Positions 7,944-18,123 of a DNA stretch of 64,000 nt are shown here, piece by piece. A program made the translations under genes and the position numbers. This DNA is from Apibacter raozihei (GTDB lineage: Bacteria; Bacteroidota; Bacteroidia; Flavobacteriales; Weeksellaceae), in assembly GCF_004014855.1 (NCBI RefSeq), contig NZ_CP034930.1, positions 2,025,716-2,089,715 on the forward strand, in the 5' to 3' direction. Positions within the stretch are counted from its first letter, which is position 1; each line of letters starts with the position of its first letter. Below the pieces are notes generated by a model that saw nothing but the letters and a program-made list of their open reading frames with translations, made no database searches and was not told the DNA's origin.

Positions 7944-9464
7944 ATGTCTGAAAAACTAACGAAACAGCAAATTTACGACCGAATCAGAGCTACATCCAAA
8001 GATAGTTATATTTTAGAGGAAATGCAGCGATTAGGATTTTGGGAAAAAGCAGATAGTCCTCAAATTCCGGAAATCTTCATTGAAAATGAAACCAGATTAC
8101 TTCAGGAGCTCAACCAATTACTGGATAAAAATAAACAATACAGTGATCAGCTGAGCATGCTTAAGTCCATGCGAAAGGTCCGCATGAAAAATGCAAAAGA
8201 AAAAAGAGAAGTTACCCGGCAGAATAATAAATTAAAAGCGTTGGAAAAGGCCGAACGATGGCTGAAACTTCAACAGGAACAGGTTCTCTTTTTAGGAAAA
8301 GAAGTATCTAAAGGCTTAAATAATACAGAGCCGAATGTTAATTCCTTAAAAAAATTTAATTTACCCGTATTTCATTCAGTAGTTGAATTTGCTGGATATA
8401 TGGAAACTGATTTACCGTCATTACGATATTTATTATATCAGCGAAAGGTTTCTACCATAAACCACTATCATACATTTGAATTACCTAAAAAATCGGGAGG
8501 AAAAAGAAAAATTTCAGCTCCTAAATCAAGGATTAAAGCACTTCAGCTTCAGGTGCTTGATAAAATTTTAAAAAATATTCCTGTAAATGATTACGTACAT
8601 GGATTTATTCAGGGAAAATCCATAGTATCAAATGCTCAACCGCATGTAAATAAAGATATTGTAATCAACATGGATCTAAAAGATTTTTTTCCATCAATAG
8701 AATACAAAAGAGTTAAAGGACTATTTTATAAACTGGGATATTCTGAACAAATTTCAACAATGTTGGCACTGGTATGTACGCAATCAGATACCTATGAGGT
8801 GAACATGGACGGAGTTACTTATCATGTTCAGAAAGGAGCCCGATTTCTGCCTCAGGGTTCACCTGCAAGTCCTGCAATCAGTAATTTGATAGCCTACAAG
8901 CTTGATAAACGAATTAAAGGATTAGCAGAGCGACTGAATTTTACTTACACCCGTTATGCAGATGATTTAAGTTTTTCTACAACCAATGAAAATCAAAAAA
9001 ATATCCGTCAATTACTATTTTTTGTAAATCAAATAGTTGTAGAAGAAGGGTTTAAGGTTCATCCGGAAAAAACTCATATCATGAGAAAAGGGAATTTACA
9101 AATGGTTACCGGAATAGTGGTCAATCGAAAATTAAATATAGAGAGAAAAAAATTAAGAAATTTCAGAGCCTTATTACACAACTTAAATTTAAATGGATGG
9201 AAAGATCAGAAGTGGGGAAATGCTGTCCATCTTATTCATGCAGTGGAAGGATATATTCGTTTTGTTAAAATGGTTAATCCGGAAAAAGGTAAAGAATTTG
9301 CAGAAAAATTAGCAACCATAATAAAGAAACAGGGATATCCGGAAATATCGTGTCAAAAATATAACTCAAATGATACTACGGAAAAAACAACAGCTTCTAT
9401 AACAAAACCAGAGACTAATCAAAAAGAAGAAAATGACAGCCAGGACTGGTGGGATATTTTTTAA
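7944..9464 (+). CDS. Reverse transcriptase, retron/Abi-like, with a roughly 130-aa N-terminal coiled-coil-like extension
   Basis: RT motifs are visible in the translation: ELPKKSGGKRKISAP (motifs 1/2), MDLKDFFPSI (motif A), LPQGSPASPAISNL (motif B'), YTRYADDLSF (YADD motif C) and VTGIVVNRKLN (the retron-type VTG region). There is no maturase, endonuclease or Cas1 domain. Confidence 0.85.
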   Translation: MSEKLTKQQIYDRIRATSKDSYILEEMQRLGFWEKADSPQIPEIFIENETRLLQELNQLLDKNKQYSDQLSMLKSMRKVRMKNAKEKREVTRQNNKLKALEKAERWLKLQQEQVLFLGKEVSKGLNNTEPNVNSLKKFNLPVFHSVVEFAGYMETDLPSLRYLLYQRKVSTINHYHTFELPKKSGGKRKISAPKSRIKALQLQVLDKILKNIPVNDYVHGFIQGKSIVSNAQPHVNKDIVINMDLKDFFPSIEYKRVKGLFYKLGYSEQISTMLALVCTQSDTYEVNMDGVTYHVQKGARFLPQGSPASPAISNLIAYKLDKRIKGLAERLNFTYTRYADDLSFSTTNENQKNIRQLLFFVNQIVVEEGFKVHPEKTHIMRKGNLQMVTGIVVNRKLNIERKKLRNFRALLHNLNLNGWKDQKWGNAVHLIHAVEGYIRFVKMVNPEKGKEFAEKLATIIKKQGYPEISCQKYNSNDTTEKTTASITKPETNQKEENDSQDWWDIF

Positions 9465-9481
9465 TTATAAATAGTAGATAA

Positions 9482-12400
9482 ATGAAACTAGTTAAGATAA
9501 GTAAATTATATTTCAATGAAGGAAATTCTAATAAAGTTTATGAAATTGAACTGTTAGAATTAACCGCATCAGAATGCCTGGTGAATTTTCGGTATGGAAA
9601 AAGAGGAAGCAGACTCAAAGAAGGAACTAAAACGCCGGAAGTTGTTTCTCACAATGAGGCGGAAAAAATATTTCTTGCAGTAGAAAAAGAAAAATTAAAT
9701 AAGGGGTACCTTCCGGAAAAAGAACATAAAACAGAGCTATCTATTTCTGAAAGAGTATTTCCGGATTCAAAAGAAGGAATTATACTGCATAGGTTACAAG
9801 ATGCTGTTAACGGAACTCAGAGTTTCAATACACCATGGAAAACCAGTCGGGTGATATGGAAAGCAGGCTGTTATAATATAAAGCAGGCAATACCTTTTAT
9901 CATTAAGCTTGTTTTTAAAGGAGATGAGATGCAGACCTATGCTTCATTATGGGCATTAAATAAATTAAAATCAGTAGAAGCCAAAGAGTTATTCTATCAA
10001 TATTCTTTTTCGAATAAAAAGGAATATATCAGAAATATAGCCATCGAAGGGTTTTTAACTATCGCAGGTGAAAATGAACTCTTGGAGATGGAGGAAAAAC
10101 TATTACAGAGAGTTTCGGCAGAAATAAAATATTACTGGCAGATTAAAGATTATGAAGCTCTTTATCAGGAGCTTTTAAAGGATTATGAAAAAGATAAATT
10201 AACTTATATAACAGTCCTTTATCAACTTAATAAGATAAGGCCGGTATTAACCGATTATTTTTTGAAATTTTTTACAATCTGCAAGTTTCAGCCTCCCTGT
10301 TTTAAACAAATCCGTTCTGTATATAAACTGGCACAGGCTAGGAATGATTATCCGGTAGTAGCAGTATTATCATATCGGATAGAAAAAGAGCAAGGCAGTT
10401 TTAACGCATCTTACAATGATGGCTTTGATTCAGTCAAAACAGAATATCTGCCTAGTATAGACGAGGGGGAAGAAGAAATTGCAAAACAGGCATTTTCAAA
10501 ACAAACCCAAGCTTATTTTCGGAAAAATGCTCTGTATTTTCTCAAAAATACAGCCAAAGATGGAAAGAACGAATACTTAAAATTAGCAGTAAATCTTTTG
10601 TTGCAGTATAAAGAATCGGATTATTCTCCAGAACAAGAAATACCGGTATCTAATTATGGTACTTATGATTATGATAAAGAAATTTATCGTTATACTTTGA
10701 TTGATTATCCGGAGTGTTCAGAATCCGTTTTATTATTTACCATTTTATTTGGTCATTCGCCTCAGGTGTATTTAAATAATCATTCAAGGTTTATAAAAGG
10801 TAAAAGAGAAGTATATAGTCGCAGTTATTATTTTACATCCCAGATTTCAGAACATGAGGAAGATTTTTTAGAAAATACAATGGAAAGTTCAGAAGAAGAA
10901 GAAGAGGAGTTTGTTCTGCAGGAAAGTTTAAACAATGATTCTGACAAAGGAATAGTTGGAACAATCAAAAACTTTTTTAAAAATATATTAGGAGGTGAAA
11001 AAGAATTAAGACCAGAAAATAATTTACTTTCGGAACATGATGACGAACCGGAAGATAGGGATGAGAATATTACAGAATCCTTTGAAGTTGAGCCTGTAGA
11101 AAATATAAGTGATGATGAATTTGAAGAACCGGTTTTATCAGCTGTATGGGTAAGAAATGAACTTTATCCGGAATACTGGGATCAGTATCCTCAGGCTTAC
11201 ATACAATTATTATTCAAAGCAAAGATGACTCTTATCCATCAATTTGCCTTAAATAATTTGTCAGCTCATCCGCAGTATCATGATCTCTTACAGCGATTAA
11301 GTAAAGATGACATATTAGATTTATTAAACAGTGATTTCTATATACCTAATAATTTTGGACAAAGAATTATTGAAAATAAAGAAAATGATTTTAAAGAAGA
11401 CAGAGAATTTATTGCTAAAGTTTTAAATTCTAAATCAGCCATTTCAAGGAGCTGGGCATATGAAAATGTACAGTCCAACACAAAATACTATTTCGAATCG
11501 ATTGAGTTTACATTACTGGTATTGTTTAATTCAGTAAAAGATTTTAAAGAAGAGATCAACATTCTGCTTCATAGTACATCATTTGAGACAGAACGAAAAA
11601 AAGCACTGATAGGTAAGACTATTGCCGAATTACTCATTTTGTCAGATAGTAAAGAAAATAATGATATTGCTGAAGAAGTAATATCCAGGCTTAATTGTTT
11701 AGCTTCCACTGAATACGATTGTATTAACTGGCAGATTTTAGAGCAGTTGTTTTCATCAACGTTGAAAGCTAACCATATATTAGCCAGTTCAATCATCATG
11801 AAAAAATATGAAAATAAATCAATAATTGATTTACCATTATCTTTAATTGATTCATTTCTCAAGTATGAAAATAAAGACATAAGATCTAATGGCCTCTTAT
11901 TATTGAAAAAATATTCGGATACTTATCTCGTTAATAATATTAATTTTATTTTAAGTCACACGGAGTCTCAATATGAAGAAGTAGTAAAAGAAATGGTATC
12001 TCGTTTGGTTCAACTGATACGTTATAGCAAAACAACCGCTAATACAGCCTTGCGTTATTTAGTTTATGTACTTATGAGAAAGGAGAAGTTTTCCGGAGCA
12101 CATGCATATATTAACTCATTTGTTACTAATGAGTTAAAATCTAATTGGAACGAAGGATTAGCTCCAAATGATATTACTAAACTTATTCATTCGCAATATC
12201 GTAAAAGTCAAATAACTGGATATGAAATTCTTTTAAATTATAAAAAGTCAGATGATTTTACACTGAAACAGATTATTTCATTCGGAAATCATGAAATTCT
12301 AGCTTTAAGACAATGGTGTTGGAATTATTATAAAGAAAATATAAGCCGTATAAAAACCGAAAAAACAAAAGCGCTTAATTTGCTTAATTCCAGATGGGAG

Positions 12401-12910
12401 GATACCCGAAATTATGCTTTTGAGTTTTTCAGATCTGAATTCAATGAATCTGACTGGGACATGGATACTCTTTTGAGTATTATAGATTCAATTCGCCCGG
12501 ATGTTGAAAATTTTGGAAAAGAGTTAATAAAGATATATTCCGGGTCCAATTGGGATATAAAGTTTTTAACCCGTTTAAGTGAGCATCCGAGTGTACAGGT
12601 GCAGGCGTTTATAACTGGTTATTTAAATCAATACGTAGCCGGCAGGCCGGAAATAATCGGTCAGCTAACTAATTATTTTCAGACAACGCTTTCACAGGTA
12701 AATAAAGCAAGAGTTGCTAAAAACAGAATATTTAAATTTTTGCATCAGGAATCAATAAAAGATTATGAAACAGCTAAAATAGTCACTCCGCTCTTAGATT
12801 TTTTATCTGCTCAGTCAACCATACAGGATAGAGCCACATGCATCGATATTTTGACAAATATTAAAAGCTTGTATCCTCACATAGAAATGAATCTGGAAGT
12901 TAAAAATTAG
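9482..12910 (+). CDS. WGR-domain protein with a long alpha-helical repeat region (MolR-like, probably DUF4132) and an acidic low-complexity linker
   Basis: The N-terminal 80 aa (KVYEIELLE..FRYGKRGSRLKEGTK..EAEKIFLAVEKEKLNKGY) fits the WGR-domain pattern. About 1000 aa of helical repeats follow. A poly-E/D segment lies at about aa 465-545. The start is 18 bp after the RT stop. Confidence 0.6.
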   Translation: MKLVKISKLYFNEGNSNKVYEIELLELTASECLVNFRYGKRGSRLKEGTKTPEVVSHNEAEKIFLAVEKEKLNKGYLPEKEHKTELSISERVFPDSKEGIILHRLQDAVNGTQSFNTPWKTSRVIWKAGCYNIKQAIPFIIKLVFKGDEMQTYASLWALNKLKSVEAKELFYQYSFSNKKEYIRNIAIEGFLTIAGENELLEMEEKLLQRVSAEIKYYWQIKDYEALYQELLKDYEKDKLTYITVLYQLNKIRPVLTDYFLKFFTICKFQPPCFKQIRSVYKLAQARNDYPVVAVLSYRIEKEQGSFNASYNDGFDSVKTEYLPSIDEGEEEIAKQAFSKQTQAYFRKNALYFLKNTAKDGKNEYLKLAVNLLLQYKESDYSPEQEIPVSNYGTYDYDKEIYRYTLIDYPECSESVLLFTILFGHSPQVYLNNHSRFIKGKREVYSRSYYFTSQISEHEEDFLENTMESSEEEEEEFVLQESLNNDSDKGIVGTIKNFFKNILGGEKELRPENNLLSEHDDEPEDRDENITESFEVEPVENISDDEFEEPVLSAVWVRNELYPEYWDQYPQAYIQLLFKAKMTLIHQFALNNLSAHPQYHDLLQRLSKDDILDLLNSDFYIPNNFGQRIIENKENDFKEDREFIAKVLNSKSAISRSWAYENVQSNTKYYFESIEFTLLVLFNSVKDFKEEINILLHSTSFETERKKALIGKTIAELLILSDSKENNDIAEEVISRLNCLASTEYDCINWQILEQLFSSTLKANHILASSIIMKKYENKSIIDLPLSLIDSFLKYENKDIRSNGLLLLKKYSDTYLVNNINFILSHTESQYEEVVKEMVSRLVQLIRYSKTTANTALRYLVYVLMRKEKFSGAHAYINSFVTNELKSNWNEGLAPNDITKLIHSQYRKSQITGYEILLNYKKSDDFTLKQIISFGNHEILALRQWCWNYYKENISRIKTEKTKALNLLNSRWEDTRNYAFEFFRSEFNESDWDMDTLLSIIDSIRPDVENFGKELIKIYSGSNWDIKFLTRLSEHPSVQVQAFITGYLNQYVAGRPEIIGQLTNYFQTTLSQVNKARVAKNRIFKFLHQESIKDYETAKIVTPLLDFLSAQSTIQDRATCIDILTNIKSLYPHIEMNLEVKN

Positions 12911-12915
12911 AAATT

Positions 12916-14577
12916 ATGATAGTAGATTATAAATATACAGACAATACATACATAGATAACTCTTCTGCCGGAACAAAAATGAGCTTTGCTCCGGATTTAC
13001 TTCGTGAACCTACTTTTTTTACAGGTAAATTAAATAAAAAAGTAGCTTTTAGAGAAGCTATTTCTGCATTGCATGACGTAGTGGTTTCAGATTTACGATT
13101 CAAGCCTAAAGACAAAACAGAATATAAAGCCTGGGTAGCGGAGCAGGAAAAGATTTGGTTAGGGGAATATATGGCTGAGTTTGAAATTGAAGAAGTTCGG
13201 TTTCGTATAAATGAAATTAAAAAAGAACTTTCAGAATTATACGAAGAAAAAAATAAAGTCTTGGCTCCTTTCAATCAGGCTAAACAGAAGTACTTTGATT
13301 ATTTGTATCAAAATGATCCCGATGCATGGTATGTTTTAGATCCCGTTATAACCGTACATCCCGATGAAGTTTTTTTTGAATGTTTCAGTCAGGATGAATC
13401 TTCCTATGGAAAATTAAGCTGTAATTATAATGTTTTTAATGAAATAAACGAATTTAAATGCGGTACAACGAATATTGATTATTCCGCAGAATTATATGGT
13501 GAATTTCAAAAAATAAGAGGATATAAAGATACACAGTTTAGTATAGATTCTTCCGGTTTTGAAATGAAAACGACTTATGAAGAGGTTTACAAGGAAATTA
13601 AAATAGATTTGCCCGATTCCTGGGTGAGAGGTTTTTTGCAGGTAAGCACAGCCATGACATTACCTTCAGCCGTTTTCAATTTGCATCCTATGGATATTTA
13701 TAGCATTTGCCAGTATCTGAGAAGGTTCAAAGAAAAAGAAGGTCCGAGAGCTTTACGTTTTTTATTAGAACCTGATAAGCCTGTTAGATTGGTAATAGAA
13801 CCCTGGGGTAAAATTTTGACATTTTACAGATCGGTTTACCATGGGGACAGTAAAAAAGATATACGTGTATGGGGCCGAAGACGGTTATTTATTTTAGAAC
13901 GATTGATACCTATAGCTAAGAGTTTTAAGGTTTTTTTACTGGGGTCGGGAATGCCTTCGTTTTATGTGGCGGATTTAGGGGATATGTCTTTTACGTTAGG
14001 ACTTTCAGGCTGGACGGCTAATGATTGGAGCAGGTTAGGAAATTTCGATTTAATGGCTCCAAGAAACGAAGTGGATATACTGACAAAAAAAAGAGTTTTC
14101 AATAGACTTAAAGAAAGTTGGTTTGACACATCTCAGCACTTAGCTGAAAAACTAAATTTACATTCTTCCGTAGTTCAATCAGTATTGACTTCTTATACAC
14201 AAACGGGAAATGTAATTTATGATTTAAACTCGGGCGTGTACAGAATTCGTGAATTATCCAACAAGCCACTAGATATAGAGGATTTACGCTTTACCTCGGA
14301 GCAGGAAAAATTAGCTGAAGAATTGGTGAATGAAGGAAGAGTTAAAAATCTAAAATTTAAAATACAAGACAAAAAATTATTTTTAACCGCAGAAGTATAT
14401 GATAAAAACTCAGTATTTCATACCTCAGCTGTAATAGATAATGATCAGCGATTAATTGATGCTCAATGTGATTGTGATCATTTTAAAAGGAATCGTCTAA
14501 GAAAAGGACCCTGTGAGCACATATTGGCAATTCGTTTACAATATCAAAAAAATAAAATTTACGCTAATAAAATGTAA
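12916..14577 (+). CDS. SWIM zinc-finger domain protein (YehQ-like)
   Basis: The C-terminus has CDCDHFKRNRLRKGPCEHILA, a C-x-C-x(n)-C-x-H SWIM signature. The start is 6 bp after the WGR-protein stop, consistent with an operon with the RT. Confidence 0.6.
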   Translation: MIVDYKYTDNTYIDNSSAGTKMSFAPDLLREPTFFTGKLNKKVAFREAISALHDVVVSDLRFKPKDKTEYKAWVAEQEKIWLGEYMAEFEIEEVRFRINEIKKELSELYEEKNKVLAPFNQAKQKYFDYLYQNDPDAWYVLDPVITVHPDEVFFECFSQDESSYGKLSCNYNVFNEINEFKCGTTNIDYSAELYGEFQKIRGYKDTQFSIDSSGFEMKTTYEEVYKEIKIDLPDSWVRGFLQVSTAMTLPSAVFNLHPMDIYSICQYLRRFKEKEGPRALRFLLEPDKPVRLVIEPWGKILTFYRSVYHGDSKKDIRVWGRRRLFILERLIPIAKSFKVFLLGSGMPSFYVADLGDMSFTLGLSGWTANDWSRLGNFDLMAPRNEVDILTKKRVFNRLKESWFDTSQHLAEKLNLHSSVVQSVLTSYTQTGNVIYDLNSGVYRIRELSNKPLDIEDLRFTSEQEKLAEELVNEGRVKNLKFKIQDKKLFLTAEVYDKNSVFHTSAVIDNDQRLIDAQCDCDHFKRNRLRKGPCEHILAIRLQYQKNKIYANKM

Positions 14578-14931
14578 ATATTAAGTAAATATAAAATGTG
14601 ATTTTTATACAATGAATTTAATATTTTATCGTTCAATTTTTTAACTGAATTAATTTTAGTAAAATTAATGTGTATTAATAAAATAAAGGGACAAGTCTGA
14701 TAATTTAAAAAAAAAATATTAGATGAATAAAGGATTTAATTCAGATTCATTTATTATGTAATAAAATAAAAATTATGCTAAAATTATTATATTTGATAAA
14801 TAAAGAGCGAAAAATAAATATTTTAAAAAAAGTTAAATTTGTTAGTAGATAATATTTTTGTTAATTGGTTCAATATTTGACAATAAACTTTAAAATTTGT
14901 AGTTTATTATTAAGAAAATGCTAAAAATCGA

Positions 14932-15492
14932 ATGAAAAAATTTTTTTTAACCCTCTCAAGTATTTTTATCATAAGCTTTTTGCCGGCACAGGTGAGAGGT
15001 TATGGACAAAAATACAAAAAACCAAAAATTTCAAATTCCACGAATAATTCAAATAAAAAGGATAATATAAATGATCCCTTCGCTGCTGAAGATTGGGCAG
15101 ATGCTAAAAAATTTGCTGATAAAGTGGCAGGTGCTTCAGGAAAATATGTATTCCTTCAAAAAAAAGAATCGTCTACTCCAGGAGTCATAGTTTTAAGGTA
15201 TATTCCGACAAGTATCAGCAATAAAGATTTCTATATAAATAAACCTTGTGCTGAATGTATGGACATAGAATTCAAAAAGAATAATTCTTCTAAATATAAT
15301 TATGCATTTAGCCATGTCTGGGGAAACTTTGCAGACTTATTCCCTGTTTGGAAATCTATATTTAGTCCTAATGCTCAAATGTCTGATTATTCAGTGAGCG
15401 ATCAAAACGTATTGGTTCAATGGCGAACGTCTTACGGTCAAAATCAGGTAACTTTTGGAAGGCTGGGTACCGCCTGGTTTATTAAAATATAA
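14932..15492 (+). CDS. Hypothetical secreted protein (signal peptide)
   Basis: An N-terminal hydrophobic signal peptide; no recognisable domain. Confidence 0.45.
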   Translation: MKKFFLTLSSIFIISFLPAQVRGYGQKYKKPKISNSTNNSNKKDNINDPFAAEDWADAKKFADKVAGASGKYVFLQKKESSTPGVIVLRYIPTSISNKDFYINKPCAECMDIEFKKNNSSKYNYAFSHVWGNFADLFPVWKSIFSPNAQMSDYSVSDQNVLVQWRTSYGQNQVTFGRLGTAWFIKI

Positions 15493-15520
15493 CGTTAGAT
15501 ATAATAGTTAAAATTATAAA

Positions 15521-15565
15521 AATACCCGATTGAAAATTTATACATAAATTTTCAATCGGGTATTT
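15521..15565. terminator. Bidirectional terminator: perfect palindrome ACCCGATTGAAAATTTA..TAAATTTTCAATCGGGT
   Basis: A 17-bp perfect inverted repeat between convergent genes (the 14932 ORF and proA), flanked by T-runs. Confidence 0.65.
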
Positions 15566-16819
15566 TTATATTCGTATCTGACCATTGCCTTCAATGATCC
15601 ATTTATAAGTGCACAGTTCATCTAAGGCCATAGGGCCACGGGCATGCATTTTTTGAGTACTGATACCGATTTCAGCTCCCAGACCGAATTGGGCTCCGTC
15701 TGTGAAAGCAGTAGAGGTGTTTGAATATATGCAGGCAGCATCAATCAGTCTTTCAAATTTATGTATTATTACTACATTTTCACTAATTATGGCTTCACTA
15801 TGTTTGGAACTGTAAGAAGATATGTGTTGAATAGCCTCGTCAAAACAAGTAACGGTCTTAATTGCCATTTTATAATCCAAAAATTCCGTCCCATAACTTT
15901 CCGCATTTGCTTCTTTTAATAAATCAGCTGGATAGCTATCATATAAAGCCTTGTGAGAAAGCTTATCCGCATAAATAATGACATTCTTTTCCTGAAGTTT
16001 TTTACATAATGTAGGTAAATCTTTAATTCGTTCTTCATCTATGACCAAACAATCCAATGAATTGCAAACACTAACTTTTCGTGTTTTGGCATTGAAAATT
16101 ATATTTTCACCTTTTTCAATATCTCCATCTTTATGAAAATAGGTATGGCACACACCTGCGCCGGTTTCAATAATTGGAATTTTTGAATTTTCTCGAACGA
16201 AATTTATGAGTTCTTTACCTCCTCTGGGAATAATCAGATCCACATAGTTTCTGGCATTCATTAATTCCTGAGTAGCATAGCGTTCATTAGGTAGCAGCGT
16301 ACATATATCAGAATTATAACCTTCATCTGCAATGACTCTTCGTATTATATTTACGATAGCTGTATTAGAATTTATGGCATCGGAACCTCCTTTTAATATG
16401 CAGGCATTTCCAGATTTAAGGCATAAAGAGAAAACATCAAAGGATACGTTGGGCCTGGCTTCATAAATGATTCCGATTACTCCGAAAGGAACTGAAATTT
16501 TTGAAATTGTTAAGCCGTTAGCCAACTTTTTTCCCATAAGTTTTTTATTAGAAGGAGTTGGTAGTGAGACTACGTTTTCAATATCTTTAATGATATTAAA
16601 AATTCGTTCTTCAGTAAGTAAAAGCCGGTCATATTTTGGATTAGAACGAGACATTCTATCCAAATCTTTTTGATTTTCAATTAGTAAATAAGAAATATTT
16701 TTTTTGGTTTCCTCAATGAGTTTGTTAAGGATGCCATTAATCTGAGTATCACTCAGGAGATTTACCTGCCTGCTTGCCAGCAATGAATCTTCGAACAGGT
16801 TATTTAGTCTGGAAATCAT
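15566..16819 (-). CDS. proA: Glutamate-5-semialdehyde dehydrogenase (gamma-glutamyl phosphate reductase)
   Basis: 417 aa and ALDH-like. The stop overlaps proB by 4 bp. The sequence family is typical ProA. Confidence 0.85.
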   Translation of the reverse strand: MISRLNNLFEDSLLASRQVNLLSDTQINGILNKLIEETKKNISYLLIENQKDLDRMSRSNPKYDRLLLTEERIFNIIKDIENVVSLPTPSNKKLMGKKLANGLTISKISVPFGVIGIIYEARPNVSFDVFSLCLKSGNACILKGGSDAINSNTAIVNIIRRVIADEGYNSDICTLLPNERYATQELMNARNYVDLIIPRGGKELINFVRENSKIPIIETGAGVCHTYFHKDGDIEKGENIIFNAKTRKVSVCNSLDCLVIDEERIKDLPTLCKKLQEKNVIIYADKLSHKALYDSYPADLLKEANAESYGTEFLDYKMAIKTVTCFDEAIQHISSYSSKHSEAIISENVVIIHKFERLIDAACIYSNTSTAFTDGAQFGLGAEIGISTQKMHARGPMALDELCTYKWIIEGNGQIRI

Positions 16820-17898
16820 AGGTTATTTTCTATATAAAGATAATCGTAGTGTACAATAGGTTTTTTATTAGCCAGACCTATTAGTTCAGTGGCTTTCACA
16901 TTGTCATAGGAAGATCTGCCCAAACCGATTTGTTTTCCATGATCATCTATAATGAGTACAATATCATCTGCTTCAAAGTTTCCTGATATTTGAGTTACTC
17001 CTACAGGTAGTATACTTACAGCTTTATCACTCAGTAAAGCTTGTTTTGCTCCAGAATTAATATGAACTTCTCCTTTTGCAAATCCCTGGGAATGAGCAAT
17101 CCATTTTTTTACACTGGAAGTTTCTTTTTTTGAAGGAATAAATCGGGTTGATGTAACTTTTTTACCTTGTATCAGGTCTGTAATTATATTTTTTGTTTTT
17201 CCATTAGCTATAATAACCTCAATACCTTCTTCAGCTACTCTTCGGGCTATATTGTATTTGGTTATCATTCCTCCTCGTCCCGTTTTAGAACGTGAAGGTT
17301 GAATATACGCTCCCATATCATCTTTCAAAGTGTCTATTTCTTGAATAAGTCTGGACTCCGGATGAGAAGGATCTCCTGTAAAAATTCCGTCAATATTACT
17401 TAAAATTAATAGCTTGTCACAATGCATCATTGCTGCCACCAAACCTGAAAGTTCATCATTATCTGTAAACATCAGTTCATTAACGGAAATAGCATCATTT
17501 TCATTAACAATGGGGATCACTCTGTTTTCCAGCATGACAGACATGCAATTTCGCTGATTCAAATAATGACGTCGGGTAGAAAAATCTTCTTTAGTGGCAA
17601 GTATCTGACCGCAGACAATTCCATGATGACGAAATAAATCATAATAGCGATTGATTAGTTTTACCTGACCGATAGCAGAATATAACTGTCGGGAAGATAC
17701 GCTGTCCAGTTTGGAAATAGTTTCTAGCTCACTTTTTCCGGAAGCCACTGCACCGGAAGATACAAGAATTATTTCCTTGTTTTTTTTATGAAGATCAGCA
17801 ACTTGATCAACAATGCAGGACATTTGAGTAATATCCAATGATCCATCCGGACGTGTGAGTACCTGGCTTCCAATCTTTATGACTATACGATCTTTCAT
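16816..17898 (-). CDS. proB: Glutamate 5-kinase with C-terminal PUA domain
   Basis: [15 protein letters not shown].. is the classic ProB N-terminus. The ORF track begins 8 codons further upstream at 17922, but the Met at 17898 is the likelier start. Confidence 0.85.
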   Translation of the reverse strand: MKDRIVIKIGSQVLTRPDGSLDITQMSCIVDQVADLHKKNKEIILVSSGAVASGKSELETISKLDSVSSRQLYSAIGQVKLINRYYDLFRHHGIVCGQILATKEDFSTRRHYLNQRNCMSVMLENRVIPIVNENDAISVNELMFTDNDELSGLVAAMMHCDKLLILSNIDGIFTGDPSHPESRLIQEIDTLKDDMGAYIQPSRSKTGRGGMITKYNIARRVAEEGIEVIIANGKTKNIITDLIQGKKVTSTRFIPSKKETSSVKKWIAHSQGFAKGEVHINSGAKQALLSDKAVSILPVGVTQISGNFEADDIVLIIDDHGKQIGLGRSSYDNVKATELIGLANKKPIVHYDYLYIENNL

Positions 17899-18123
17899 AA
17901 ATTTAAATATGAATAGAAACAAATATACTATTATAATTATGAATATTTAATATAGAAAATAAAATTTATTTTAAAAATATAATGTTAAAAATAGTATATG
18001 TATTACTTTTTAAGAACCACCTATATGTTATGACAGTTCGTTTGAACCGGCAGTTGTAAAGGCTGGATAAATTATCTATCTTTGCAGCCTTAATTTAATA
18101 TACTAATAATTAAAAAAAATATA

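Noticed and set aside
7944-9464. RT as part of CRISPR adaptation (RT-Cas1-like), or as a group II intron or DGR RT
   Set aside because: There is no cas1/cas2 and no fused Cas1 domain. There is no maturase or domain-X/En region and no intron RNA domains. There is no Avd or template/variable repeat pair. The VTG motif together with the a1/a2-flanked hairpin ncRNA points to a retron-type RT.
16467-16673. 68-aa ORF antisense within proA, and similar short antisense ORFs in cas13b, the RND gene, uvrA and rocD
   Set aside because: They are embedded in confidently assigned genes on the opposite strand and show no conservation signal.
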